64,000 nt of DNA from Octopus vulgaris (Eukaryota): positions 156,860,001 to 156,924,000 of the forward strand of contig OX597817.1 in NCBI GenBank assembly GCA_951406725.2, in the 5' to 3' direction. The first letter of the stretch is position 1. Every line of letters begins with the position of its first letter. Under the pieces are notes generated by a model. That model saw only the letters and a list, made by a program, of their open reading frames with translations. It was not told where the DNA came from and ran no database searches. The position numbers and the translations under genes are program-made. Below, one piece after another: positions 12,355 to 23,055 of the stretch.

Positions 12355-13064
12355 TTAACCCTTGTGTTACCGGTTTTTTTGTTGTTGACAAACTCTATCT
12401 TTATTTCAATTAATTTTGAAAAATGAAGAAGAATTTAGCAAAATAACTTCGTCAATATTTGAAACAATAATTAACATGAAATTTTGATGGAAGGTTATCT
12501 AGTGGACCCTACAGGTTGTGTCGTCTCTTTTCCTTCTGACACTCATTTATACCTTTTTCGCATTTATTGTAATCAACCGTTTATTGTGATCAACCATTCA
12601 TTCTAGTCACCTCTCCTACATACGGTTGTTCTACAAATGGTGACAGCCCGACGTGATTTCAAAACACGCAGCCAGCCCTACGTTCACACGGAAGTCTACA
12701 AATTGGTGACCCAGTGCCAGCTTCCTTTCACTTTAATGACCAACCGCTCTTTCTAATTTCACCTCTTCACTACAGATATGTCTACTTTTTATCGTCTCTT
12801 TTATCTTCTACAAAATAACTGGTGGGGGGCTATTTGTGGAGGACCCTACCGGTTGTGTCGTCTCTTTTCCTTCTGGCACTTGTACTCATTTATACCTTTT
12901 TCGCATTTATTGTAATCGACCGTGTGGTGTATTAAAGGAGCCATTCATTCGTCACCTCTCCTTCGCACGGTCGTTCTACAGTTATAATTTAGATCACTTT
13001 AAAACAATGCTTGTATCATAGAACAACGGGGTATCTCAAGTGGGTTGGTATCAAAAGCGGTAAA
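12355..13064. mobile_element. Degenerate piggyBac-like MITE hosting a TRIM
   Basis: TTAA|CCCTTGTGTTACC left end and decayed GGTATCAAAAGCGG|TAAA right end. Confidence 0.4.
12498..12980 (+). mobile_element. TRIM (miniature non-autonomous LTR retrotransposon)
   Basis: Direct repeats 12498-12635 and 12835-12980 (second is TG..CA); PBS TGGTGAC(AG)CCCGACGTGATTT at 12638 resembling the complement of the tRNA-Trp 3' end; G-run before the 3' LTR; GTTA TSD. Confidence 0.75.
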
Positions 13065-13659
13065 CAGCGTATTAACAGCATCAAGCTCATCGATCTCGGT
13101 GGAGCTGCTCCCTCTTACAAAGTCACTAAGTAAAAAATAAGTTTATTGTTGGATTACTGCTGGTAGCGTACGCTTAGAGAAATTCCTCTCTCTATTATAT
13201 ATACATAAGTATGGACGTAGTAGATAACAGCTAGCCTTTGGCCACCCTTCTGCACCCTGTTGAGTCCACTACTCTGATTGGTTTGTATTGATGCAAAAAG
13301 GGCTGATCCGGGCGACACTCAATCTAGCTACGTCGCTGATAACACAATGTAACACGTTTTGTTTATTTGAATTTTTTAATGTTCATATATGCATTTTTTG
13401 CAACTAAATTAGAAAATCACATTCGTTTTGACGTAACATCGATAGTTATTTATTTATTCCTAATTTCATATTTGCTCGTTATATTCGTAACTTTTCTCTG
13501 CAGCTCTTTGTTGGTTCAATCTATTCTAGTATTGTAAGGATAATTACACAACATTTAGTATTTTTTCATATTTAGATATTTAGGAAGTATAATATTAAGT
13601 ATAATATTAAGAAAATGAAACAATAAAACTCTGCACTGCAAATGCCTTGATAACTCTTT

Positions 13660-14321
13660 TCTTAAGATGAGAAGTGGTTTGATGATCGAGATTTTCATCA
13701 CTTCTGACTGGAGACCATATATAATCTCCCATCATAGCAGTATTCGATCGTCCTTGGTATCTTCTTTCCATAGTTGCGATGTCCTGATGAAATCTCTCAC
13801 CATGCTCCTCACTGACATCACCCAAGTTTTTTGGGGAAAAAATCTAGGTGAGAGTGCAAAAAATGAACCTTTAAGGACATATGACAACCCATTTTCTTGA
13901 AGTTTTCAATAAGCTTTGCTACCAGCTGTTTGTAATTAGGATCCTTGTGATTTCCGAGGAATCCACGAACTACATCACGAGATGCACACCAAGCTTCTTT
14001 TTCAACTTTTGTCATCGCTCTTCCCAGTTTCTTCGACTTTAACATTGCATTTACTTGGGGCCCAACAAATATGCTATCCTTGATCTTAGCCTCAGATAGC
14101 TAAGACAAATTTCTTGAAAAGCTTCTCCTCTAAAATCTAAGGCCTTCACAAACTGTTTTACCAATCTGAGTTAGATATGAAGTGGGGATTATAAGATTTT
14201 GTTGGAATCTACTAGAGGCTGTTTGAGAACATTTAACATTCCTGGCTGCAGTTCCACTCGTGGGGGCCAATGAACTCTCTTGTAATGATCATCATCAGCT
14301 CTGCTGTCCCATGAAGCATAG
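13660..14321 (-). pseudogene. Decayed Chapaev3-like (CMC) DDE transposase C-terminal half
   Basis: WDSRA..HY..WP, PLHI.L.LVKQFVKALD, FLGNHK..NY, MSLKVHFLHSHLDFFP, SEEHGERFHQDI..MERRYQG motifs with stops and frameshifts. Confidence 0.75.
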
Positions 14322-14565
14322 TCAATTAAGACTATGTCTGGCTTCCTATTCTCTATCTCATGGTCGCACTGAATCATAAAATCCCATAGGATCTTTACAT
14401 TTCTATTTTCGACGATGCCTTCAGATTTGTGGTCGTACCAATTTTTTGCTCTATCAAGTCCATACTTGTTGCAAAGTATCCAATGGACAAGCCTGACTAT
14501 ATTGTCGTGACGTCTTTTATATTCCTTCTGGGCTAGTGGCGTACATTGGCTGGTAATATGATATA
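14322..14565 (-). mobile_element. R4/Dong-like RLE non-LTR fragment
   Basis: HITSQC..LAQKEYKRRHDNIVRLVHW...KILWDFMIQCDHEIENRKPDIVLID (CCHC tail, RHD and PD endonuclease motifs). Confidence 0.8.
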
Positions 14566-14830
14566 ATGAAATTATTGTATACAGTGCTCAGGTGCACCAC
14601 AACTTGTCAGAAAGTGCATATAAAGTACATGCAGTAATGTAGAAATGTCTGGAAAGCGAACAATGTATGAGTCAGATACATGCTTGCGTGTGTATGGAGG
14701 GGAGAAAATCAAGTGTAGTGTTGGCGAATCTCAGAAAGCATGGAAGTTTTGAAGGATGCAGTGCTCCGACAACTAACAACCGATGCCGGCAGTTTGTTCC
14801 ATACGGTTTCACCATTTTGCCCACAGATTC
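14566..14830 (-). mobile_element. CR1-like LINE 3' end
   Basis: Minus strand encodes VWNKLPASVVSCRSTASFKTSML (WN.LP..VV...S...FK), followed by 3' UTR. Confidence 0.65.
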
Positions 14831-14901
14831 TGCACTTACCACTTTCTGCTGTGTTGTCTATTTTCTTATCACTTTCTGCTGTGTTGTGATCATCATCATC
14901 A

Positions 14902-14939
<38 letters not shown>

Positions 14940-14947
14940 TTGATGGA

Positions 14948-15545
14948 AGGCGGCGAGCTGGCAGGATCGTTAGCACGCTGGACACCACGCTTAGCAGCGT
15001 TTCGTCCGTTTTTACGTTCTGAGTTAAAATTCCGCTCAGGTCGACTTTGCCTTTCATTCTTTCGGGGTCGTTAAAATAAGTACCGGTTGAGTCCTGAGGT
15101 AAGTCGATGCAGTCGTCTTACCGCTGGACCTTGCTGGCATTGTGCCAAAATTTGAAATCATTATTATTATTTTGATTGAAGGCGGTGAGCTGGCAGAATC
15201 GTTAGCACGCCGGGCGAAATGCGTAGCTGTATTTCGTCTGCCGTTACGTTCTGAGTTCAAATTCCGCCAAGGTCGACTTTGCCTTTCATCCTTTCAGGGT
15301 CGATATAATCGACTTAATCTGTTTGTCTGTCCTTGTTTGTCCTCTGTATCTAGCCTCTTGTGGGTAGTAAAGAAATAGGTATTTCGTCTGTCTTTACGTT
15401 CTGAGTTCAAATGCTGCCGGGGTCGACTTTGCCTTTCGTCTCTTCGGGGTCGATAAATAAAGTACAAGTTGCGCACTGCTGTCGATGTAATCGACTTAAT
15501 CCCCTCCCCCAAATTTGAGGCCTTGTGTTTCCAGTAGAAAGGCTT
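14948..15545 (+). mobile_element. SINE family B cluster next to an (ATT)n tract
   Basis: Heads at ~14949 and ~15181; restart at GGTATTTCGTCTG ~15378; different tails. Confidence 0.8.
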
Positions 15546-15669
15546 ATTATTATTTTGAGTGTAAGTAAATTTGCAAGTTTTAGTAGTTTTTTCTTTCATT
15601 TCGATTTATGTTCATATATTTTATCATACTCAATGCGTCAATTATCATTTGTCCCAAGTTTTCACTCAC

Positions 15670-15890
15670 CAGTTCAACATCTTGGATATTTCCATTTGAA
15701 GGTTCCTGTACTTAAATAGATTTTGGACTTCCTTTCAGGCGATCTTTTGGTCAAAGATGATCGATATGTCTATGGTTGTCGCCATTGATTATGATACCAG
15801 GTTGAATCGCTCTGATTTCTTTGTCCATCTGTACAGAGTCCTACAGTAGAGAAGGTATCTAGTCCTGGAGACTTGCCATTCACATAATCA
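15670..15890 (-). mobile_element. Degenerate RLE non-LTR endonuclease fragment
   Basis: Minus strand gives DKEIRAIQPGIII..IDISI..KY.NLQMEISKM, like R4-type TD..I.ANRPDI..KY.DL..EI. Confidence 0.5.
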
Positions 15891-15916
15891 CTTGGAAGTA
15901 TTTGGACCACAGCCAC

Positions 15917-16000
15917 TATATCTATCTATCTATCTATCTATCTATCTGTCTGTCTATCTGTCTGTCTGCCTGCCTGCCTGGCTGCCTGCCTGGCTGCCTG

Positions 16001-16067
<67 letters not shown>

Positions 16068-16288
16068 GTCTATCTGTCTGTCTATCTGTCTGTCTGTCTG
16101 CCTGTCTATCTATCTTTCTATCTATCTATCTATCTATCCATCTATCTATCTATCTGTCTATCTGTCTGTCTATCTGTCTGTCTGCCTGCCTGCCTGGCTG
16201 CCTGTCTATCTATCTTTCTATCTATCTATCTATCTATCTGTCTATCTGTCTGTCTATCTGTCTGTCTGTCTGCCTGTCTATCTATCTT

Positions 16289-16329
<41 letters not shown>

Positions 16330-16388
16330 TTATCTATCTGTCTATCAGTCTGTCTATCTGTCTGTCTGTCTGCCTGTCTATCTATCTT

Positions 16389-16443
<55 letters not shown>

Positions 16444-16504
16444 GTCTATCTGTCTGTCTATCTGTCTGTCTGCCTGCCTGCCTGGCTGCCTGTCTATCTA
16501 TCTT

Positions 16505-16546
<42 letters not shown>

Positions 16547-16597
16547 CATCTATCTATCTATTCTTCCATCTGTCTGTCTGTCTGTATGTATGTATGT
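15917..16597. repeat. Compound (TCTA/TCTG/CCTG)n microsatellite with recurring higher-order blocks
   Basis: Direct reading; explains ORFs 15892-16623 and 15902-16849. Confidence 0.95.
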
Positions 16598-16788
16598 CTC
16601 TTCTATTTTTTAAATTATTTTAAATCTTCCATTGAAGAGGGAGCTGGTTTCCAACAAAGATACAAGGCTCCATGTTTGGGATGTAGTAAACACAGACAAA
16701 TTCACATTTGGAACTTGACAAAAGTCTTGCATATTTTTACTGTTCCACTCACAGATTGCACTTGTAATGTACGAATTATATACATCGG

Positions 16789-16840
<52 letters not shown>

Positions 16841-16963
16841 GTCCGTTGAAATGTATTGTAGAACAAGTAGAAAGATACATTTTAATCAAAGTGTAGATAC
16901 TGAAAAGTTTATATATATAAAGGATAAAATATTTTTTTCTTTATACTTGTTCCATGTCCTTGC

Positions 16964-17007
<44 letters not shown>

Positions 17008-17024
17008 TGCAGGCATTGCTGTGT

Positions 17025-17408
17025 GCAAAGAAGACTGCTTCCCAACAACATGGTTCCGGGTTCAGTCCCACTGTATGGCGCCTTCGGCAAGTGTCTTCTA
17101 CTATAGCCTATTATGGCCTACCCAAAGCCATGTGAGTGGATTTGGGGTGTATAAATGCACACACACAAATATATATACGTACATATTTATGTGTTGTATT
17201 TGTGTCTGCGTTTGTCCCCACTTCCACCATCGCTTGACAACCGATGTTGGTGTGTTTACGTCCCCATAACATATCAGTTTGGCAGAAGCTATCGATGGAA
17301 TAAGCACCAGGCTTACAAAGTATAAATCCAGGGGTCGATTTCTTCAACTAAAAGTCTGTGTTCCCTCATGGCCACACTCAGATTACTGAAACAAGTAAAA
17401 TAGTAAAA
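17025..17408 (+). mobile_element. SINE family A, diverged
   Basis: Homology to 1814-2224, flanked by (TA)n. Confidence 0.8.
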
Positions 17409-17429
<21 letters not shown>

Positions 17430-17446
<17 letters not shown>

Positions 17447-18331
17447 CATATGTGGGAAATTCTGTCTGTTTGTGAAGTTGTTAGCTAACTTCTACATTGT
17501 TTTATTGATTTTGATGAAACTTGACACGTGAGTAGAACTCATGTCTGGAAACCTTATGGCATACTCAGATTGTTGAAAAAAAATCGATGATAGGGCCTCT
17601 AGAAGGGATCTTTATATATATCTAATATATTTCGTTTTAATAGGCAAGGGAACTAACCCATTCGCCTAGATTTAAACAACCAAGGAAAATGCCCTATTCA
17701 TTTTCCTAGATTATTTGGTATAAATGAAATTGATTATGTTTATTTCTTAATTATTTTAACTGTCAGAGTTATTTTCGCAATTTATCCAGTACAACCCTTA
17801 AAGAAGTAAATAGCATTTTCTTAAACAATACACCTACTTATTTCGGTTAGTGACTTATTCACGGATATATCAACACTAGTGCCGCTGAGGGTAATATTCT
17901 CTGGGAATGCACAAAAGCCCTTTTCAGAGTTATTTACTTTGAATTGTTATTATTTATCTGATTAGCTTTTTATTACATAACATGCGTCGCAATTTTAGTG
18001 TACATACCTTATTAGTATTTACTCCTATGTTCTATATACTCTGGGATTGCATTTAATCCTTTTCGGGGCTACTTTATTTGAATTCTTACTATCGGGTAAC
18101 TAATTTTATGTTATTACATGAAATGACTTCACAATTTGGGTATTCATAACTTACTGGGATTTCCTAAAAACAAGATCTCGTGTAAGACAGTTCGGTATTC
18201 TCTCTAAATGCACAAAACCATTTTAAGGGCTACATACTTTGTATTGTTGTTACTGGATTAGCAAAACAATTATGAGAATGGAACCAAAGGATAAACCCCG
18301 CTTTCCTGGGAATTACCGAGAACGTCAGCTA

Positions 18332-18332
<1 letters not shown>
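17430..18332 (+). mobile_element. Probable non-autonomous Helitron in (TA)n
   Basis: 5' CTGTCTGTTTGTG..GATTTTGATGAAACTT motif like 1031-1430; 3' decayed hairpin plus GCTAG|T; 5' end is hidden in the TA run. Confidence 0.55.
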
Positions 18333-18373
<41 letters not shown>

Positions 18374-18384
18374 TAGCTGACGTA

Positions 18385-18630
18385 CACGGAAACTGAAAGA
18401 AGACTGTCGTATATATGTGTATATTTGTGTGCGTGTGTGTGTATGTTTGTTCCCCGACCATCGCTTGACAACCGATGTTGCTGTGTTTGCGTCCTTGCAA
18501 CTTAGCGGTTCAGCAAAGACACTGGTAGAATATATACTAGGCTTACAAAGGATAAATCTTGGGGTCAATTTTTCCACTAAAGGCGGTACACCAGTATAGC
18601 TGCAGTCACATGTCTAAAACAAGTAAAACA
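18385..18630 (+). mobile_element. SINE family A, 5'-truncated
   Basis: Begins at ACGGAAACTGAAAGAAG; family A body and tail. Confidence 0.8.
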
Positions 18631-19181
18631 AAAAAAAAAAACTGTGCCATTTTAATCCCGCGTATCTCTGCTTGTATGATCTAAAGTCTCCTGTCTTTTG
18701 CAAGACGGTAGAATGTGATCTGGGGTTGTTTGGCTGCTACTTCGAGCAGATCTAGTGATCACGTAGAGGCTCTCAATAATACATAATGTCATGTTAGAGA
18801 ATACTATTCGTATCTAGCTTATCAAATATTTATATGCAACCTCATGTGGTTATTGTAATTCTATATATAATACAGATGTTGTGGTCACGGTTGGATTATG
18901 TATCTGCTTGATCAAGGATAACCTGTAAACTAAACAACAGCAACAACAATAATTGTAAAAAAGGTTTCGACGATGACTCATTTATTTTTCATATTGTGCC
19001 GGAATGGAATATTTTATGTCAAGAAGACGGCTATTACAACAAGACGACAGAAGTTGTTTTTGAATGAGAAAAAACATGAAAAGTTAAAAACAGAAAAATA
19101 ATAGTTATGTAAATAGAAACATTTAAATACATTTCTCATCTGATAAACAAAGCTATCAACTTAATCTGATAAAATGAAATG

Positions 19182-19203
19182 TGCTGAGTCACCTGACTCA
19201 GCA
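19182..19203. promoter_or_regulatory. Inverted twin ARE / CNC-sMaf (NF-E2/AP-1) motif
   Basis: TGCTGAGTCA-CC-TGACTCAGCA: two exact TGACTCAGCA sites, one per strand; AP-1 site ATGACTCAT at 18973-18981. Function is inferred only. Confidence 0.5.
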
Positions 19204-19370
19204 AAAATATAGCATGAATAAAACTTCCATAAGTCGTTAAAAAAAAACAAAACAAAACAATAACAACAACAACAACAACTTATAAATAAATAAAACTGAG
19301 AAAGGGTTACAGTTGGTTCGGTGTGGTATATGTGTTCTAGTGTAGGTGATTTAGGATTTAAAAGAAGTTT

Positions 19371-19786
19371 GGATCTTTTCGGTTTGAACGGCAGTTTTTT
19401 AAAATCATTTCTAAGTAACTAAACACTTTTAAACTTCGTATACTGGTAGAATGTGTCAAATAAAACATCTTTTTCTCTCGGCTTTATTGAGAAAATTCTA
19501 TAGTTTGTAAGATATTTGTTGTCTTTTCTTCAATTTCTGCAATTTCAACCAATCAATGTCGTCTATTGAGGTGAAAACACTCTGTGCCGTATGAATATGT
19601 CCCTCGTTTAAGAAACAGATTGGGTTTATTTACATTTGTGAAGAAAAAAAGATACCCTTCCCCCCACCCCTAACCCTAACCCTAAAACAGATTGAAATGC
19701 AATAGATCGATACTGGGGTCATAATTATGGGTAACAATTTCATATGACACCGCTAGAAAAAACTGCCGTTCAAACCGAAAAGATCC
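19371..19786. mobile_element. Merlin-like MITE (same family as 7110-7537, opposite orientation)
   Basis: GGATC TIRs; perfect 8-bp TSD AGAAGTTT. Confidence 0.9.
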
Positions 19787-19831
19787 AGAAGTTTAGTTGT
19801 GATGGTTTCCTTTCACCTCTTGTATTACATA

Positions 19832-20156
19832 TTCAATTTTTTTTATTTATGCACCCTTTTCAAGCCTAGCGAGGCTCATGGGCCCGGTTTCCCGGTTTCT
19901 GTGACGTATGTGCCCCCCGCCCCCCCAGCTGAATGGGACGCCAGTCCATCGCAATGTTACCCAAGAAACAGGAAGAAAGAATGAGAGAAAGTTGGGGCGA
20001 AAGAGTACAACAGGTGTTGCCACAACCCCCTGCCGACGACTCGTGGAGCTTGTGTTTCCGCTCAATAAACACTCACAACGCCCGGTCTCGGAATCGAAAC
20101 TGCGATCTTCCGACCGCGAGTCCGCTGCCCTAACCACTGGGCCACTGCACCTCCAC
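19832..20156 (-). mobile_element. SINE family C with V-domain-like tail b
   Basis: Head GTGGAGGTGCAGTGGCCCAGTGGTTAGGGC; TGCGATGGACTGGCGTCCC motif; 12-bp TSD TTGTATTACATA. Confidence 0.85.
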
Positions 20157-20467
20157 TTGTATTACATACATTTTCTGAAAACCAAGATGTATAGTGAGGA
20201 GGGAAATCGTCTCTGATAATGATATTTGAGAGAGGATTAAAGTGTTGTAGTTACCGCAGTGGGTGGCATGGTGAGATTGCTGGTGATATGTAATATATAT
20301 CATTATTATTATTTGAAAGTCACAATACATGTATCAAAGCATTACTAATTGTTTCATATGAAACTATTAATAGCATTTTAATACATGTATTGTCACCTTT
20401 AAATAATAATATTTAACTCTCACCAGATGGAGTACTTTTTTTGTTGAATTCTCTATCACGGTTCAGT

Positions 20468-20504
20468 ACATATATATATTATTGTATATATATATATATA
20501 TATT

Positions 20505-20603
<99 letters not shown>
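20468..20603. repeat. (TA)n microsatellite
   Basis: Direct reading. Confidence 0.95.
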
Positions 20604-20619
20604 CAGTAAAATTATAAAT

Positions 20620-20863
20620 GTGCGCTTTTAAAGCCTAGCCAGGCTCATGGGCCTGGTTTCCCGGTTTCTATGGCATATGTGTTCTCCAGCTGGACGGGAT
20701 GCCAGTCCATCGCAGCGTTACTCATTTTTGCCAGTTGAGTGGACTGGAGCAACGTGAAATGAAGTGTTTTGCTCAAGAACACGCGTCGGCCAGTCCAGGA
20801 ATCGAAACCACAATCTTACGATCATGGTGCTGACACCCTAACCACTAAGCCACGTACCTCCAC
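20620..20863 (-). mobile_element. SINE family D head with tail b
   Basis: D-type head/core followed by TGCGATGGACTGGCATCCC..GAAACCGGGAAACC..CCCATGAGCC, shared with 19832-20156. Confidence 0.8.
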
Positions 20864-21107
20864 ACACACACACACACATGCACACATAGAATATTAGGAG
20901 CTTAGTTCACTTGTGATCTAAATGAATAGGTGCTATAGTTGATCGACCGTTAGGTTCCAAGATCATGGCTGAGGCTGCATCTAGGGATCCGTATTAGGGT
21001 TTCGTTATTGCAGGTATATATTATATTAGAGGGAAAATCAAAAACCAAGGCAGAATGAGTATCTCAAGTCATTTAGAATAATTTAATTATGGTAAGGTGA
21101 CTTTGAA

Positions 21108-21183
21108 GTCTTATAGCCGTTTCTGGGACAACCCAAGTGGTAGGTTAGCATGTCCACACACTGAGCAATCCGTCATCAGAGAC
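21108..21183 (-). ncRNA. Degenerate type I hammerhead-ribozyme-like motif (Penelope-like)
   Basis: Minus strand: GTCT-CTGATGA-[long stem II]-GAAAC-GGCT-ATA-AGAC; stem I GTCT/AGAC; mismatches in stems II and III. Confidence 0.55.
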
Positions 21184-21347
21184 AAGCTGAAAAAGTTATC
21201 TTATAGTTCACAGTTAGCAACAGGGGTTGCTGTGTATACGAATAAAAAATCCAAATTTAGAGAAAGGAGTAAGTAAAATCCAGGCTACATATTTTCCTAG
21301 GTAGCAGAACCTCGATAATGTAGACTTCATTTGATTAAGGTATCTTT

Positions 21348-21411
21348 GGTCTGATGAGTAGCTAGCGCAGTAAGTACCACTTCCGAGGTTGGCTAGGAAA
21401 CATATGGAGCC
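21348..21411 (+). ncRNA. Degenerate type I hammerhead-ribozyme-like motif
   Basis: GGT-CTGATGA-G-TAGCTAGC..GTTGGCTA-G-GAAAC-ATAT-GGA-GCC; 8-bp stem II; cleavage triplet is mutated (GGA), but the inverted copy at 21253-21313 retains GTA. Confidence 0.55.
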
Positions 21412-21453
21412 TGAATTTTACCCACTCCGTTCTCTAAAATTGTATATATTTGT

Positions 21454-21872
21454 AGGTGTAGGAGTGATTGTGTGGTAAGTAGCTTGCTTACGAACCACAT
21501 GGTTCCGGGTTCAGTCCCACTGTGTGGCACTTTGGGCAAGTGTCTTCTACCATAGCCTTGGGCCGACCAAAGCCTTGTGAGTGGATCTGGTAGATGGAAA
21601 CTGAATGAAGCCCATCGTATATATGTATGCATGTATGCATATATGTGTGTGTGTTTGTGTGTCTGCGTTTGTCCCCTCCACCCCCCAACATCGCTTGATA
21701 ACCGATGCTGGTGTGTTTACGTCCCCGTGACTTAGCGGTTCTGCAAAAGAGACCGATAGAATAAGTACTAGGCTTACAAAGAATAAGTCCTAGGGTCGAT
21801 TTGCTCGACTAAAGGCGGTGCTCCGGCATGGCTACAGTCAAATGACTGAAACAGGTAAAAGAGTAAAAGAGT
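21454..21872 (+). mobile_element. SINE family A, full length
   Basis: Homology to 1814-2224. Confidence 0.85.
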
Positions 21873-21963
21873 ATATATATATAAGCACTATTCTTTCTCT
21901 TTGTTTATCATTTTTGAAATTTGAACATTTGAACAAATTTTTTCTCTTTTCAGGCATATGACG

Positions 21964-22326
21964 ATGGAGTGCCAAAGAGAAGAAAATGAGCATTTTTGAC
22001 ACCTGTTTCTCTTCGCTTTCATTCAAGGTTCCAAAGCTGCCAAGATGCCATGTGAGACATTTCTGCTGTGTGCGGAGAAGACACTCTTACTCAAACAACT
22101 GCACAGAAATGGCTTTCACGCTTCAAGGAAGGGAAATTTGACCTTACAGACTCTATGCGTTCTGGCTGACCAGTTCGGTTCTGCGAGGAGCAACTGAACA
22201 AGTTCACCCACAAGGATCAGCGCCAGTCAACTAGGGAATTGCCCCAGCAGACGGGATGCTCTTATGATATCATCGTCCTTCACCATCATTCGATGAGCAA
22301 GGTGCAAAAACTCGATTTCTGGTGCC
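21964..22326 (+). pseudogene. Decayed mariner transposase N-terminal HTH region
   Basis: EHF*HLFLFAF.QGSKAA / AQKWLSRFKEGKFDLTDSMRSG*P..RQSTREL..MSKVQKL. Confidence 0.8.
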
Positions 22327-22726
22327 AGAAGAACATCTTTTTAACTGGTGGGAGCGGACTTAAGCCAATGAATAATGACTCACCCACCACCAGTCACTCC
22401 TTCCCTTGTACAACAACCCAAGTTCTAACGGAACAGCTCGCATTAACAATTATCGGAAAGAGTTACAAAACTTTGATTTTCTTGTCAAGTCTGGGCAGTT
22501 TCAATGCCTGCAACTGACTACCAAAGTAACCACCTTTTACTTCTCAACAACTTCTCAGATAGAGCTGAGGCGGAACTTGGGATTGATGATGGTAGTGGAT
22601 ACTACATCAATGCCATCATTACTCATGACCTTCCAAATGGGTTCACCCTAGCAATGTTGGGAAGGGAAACCAACGATGAGGTCTTGTTTGTGTTGAAATG
22701 GTCCGCCCGGCTTTATCAGAGCGTAA

Positions 22727-23055
22727 TCTTTATATATAAAAGTCAAGTTGTGTGTCTGTCTCCTACGATTTAGATTCCTAACTACTCCCATTAGCGCGCA
22801 TCTACGATGAGTCTACGATTTTAAAAAAAATTTACCATAATTTTTTTCCATTTTAATGCATTTTTTCCGCTATTATATAAGGGAAGTAACTCTCTAAAAA
22901 TGTCTATGATGAGTCAACGATTTAAAAAAAAATTTACCATAATTTTTTTTCCATTTTTAATGCATTTTTTTGCTATTTTTTGGCTATGACTCTCTAAAAA
23001 TGCTTCTATAGTTATTTCCCTTACAAACCTGAACAACGCCGGGCGATACTGCTAG
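22727..23055 (+). mobile_element. Non-autonomous Helitron monomer (internally deleted)
   Basis: A|TC...CAACGCCGGGCGATACTGCTAG|T; same family as the arrays. Confidence 0.9.
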
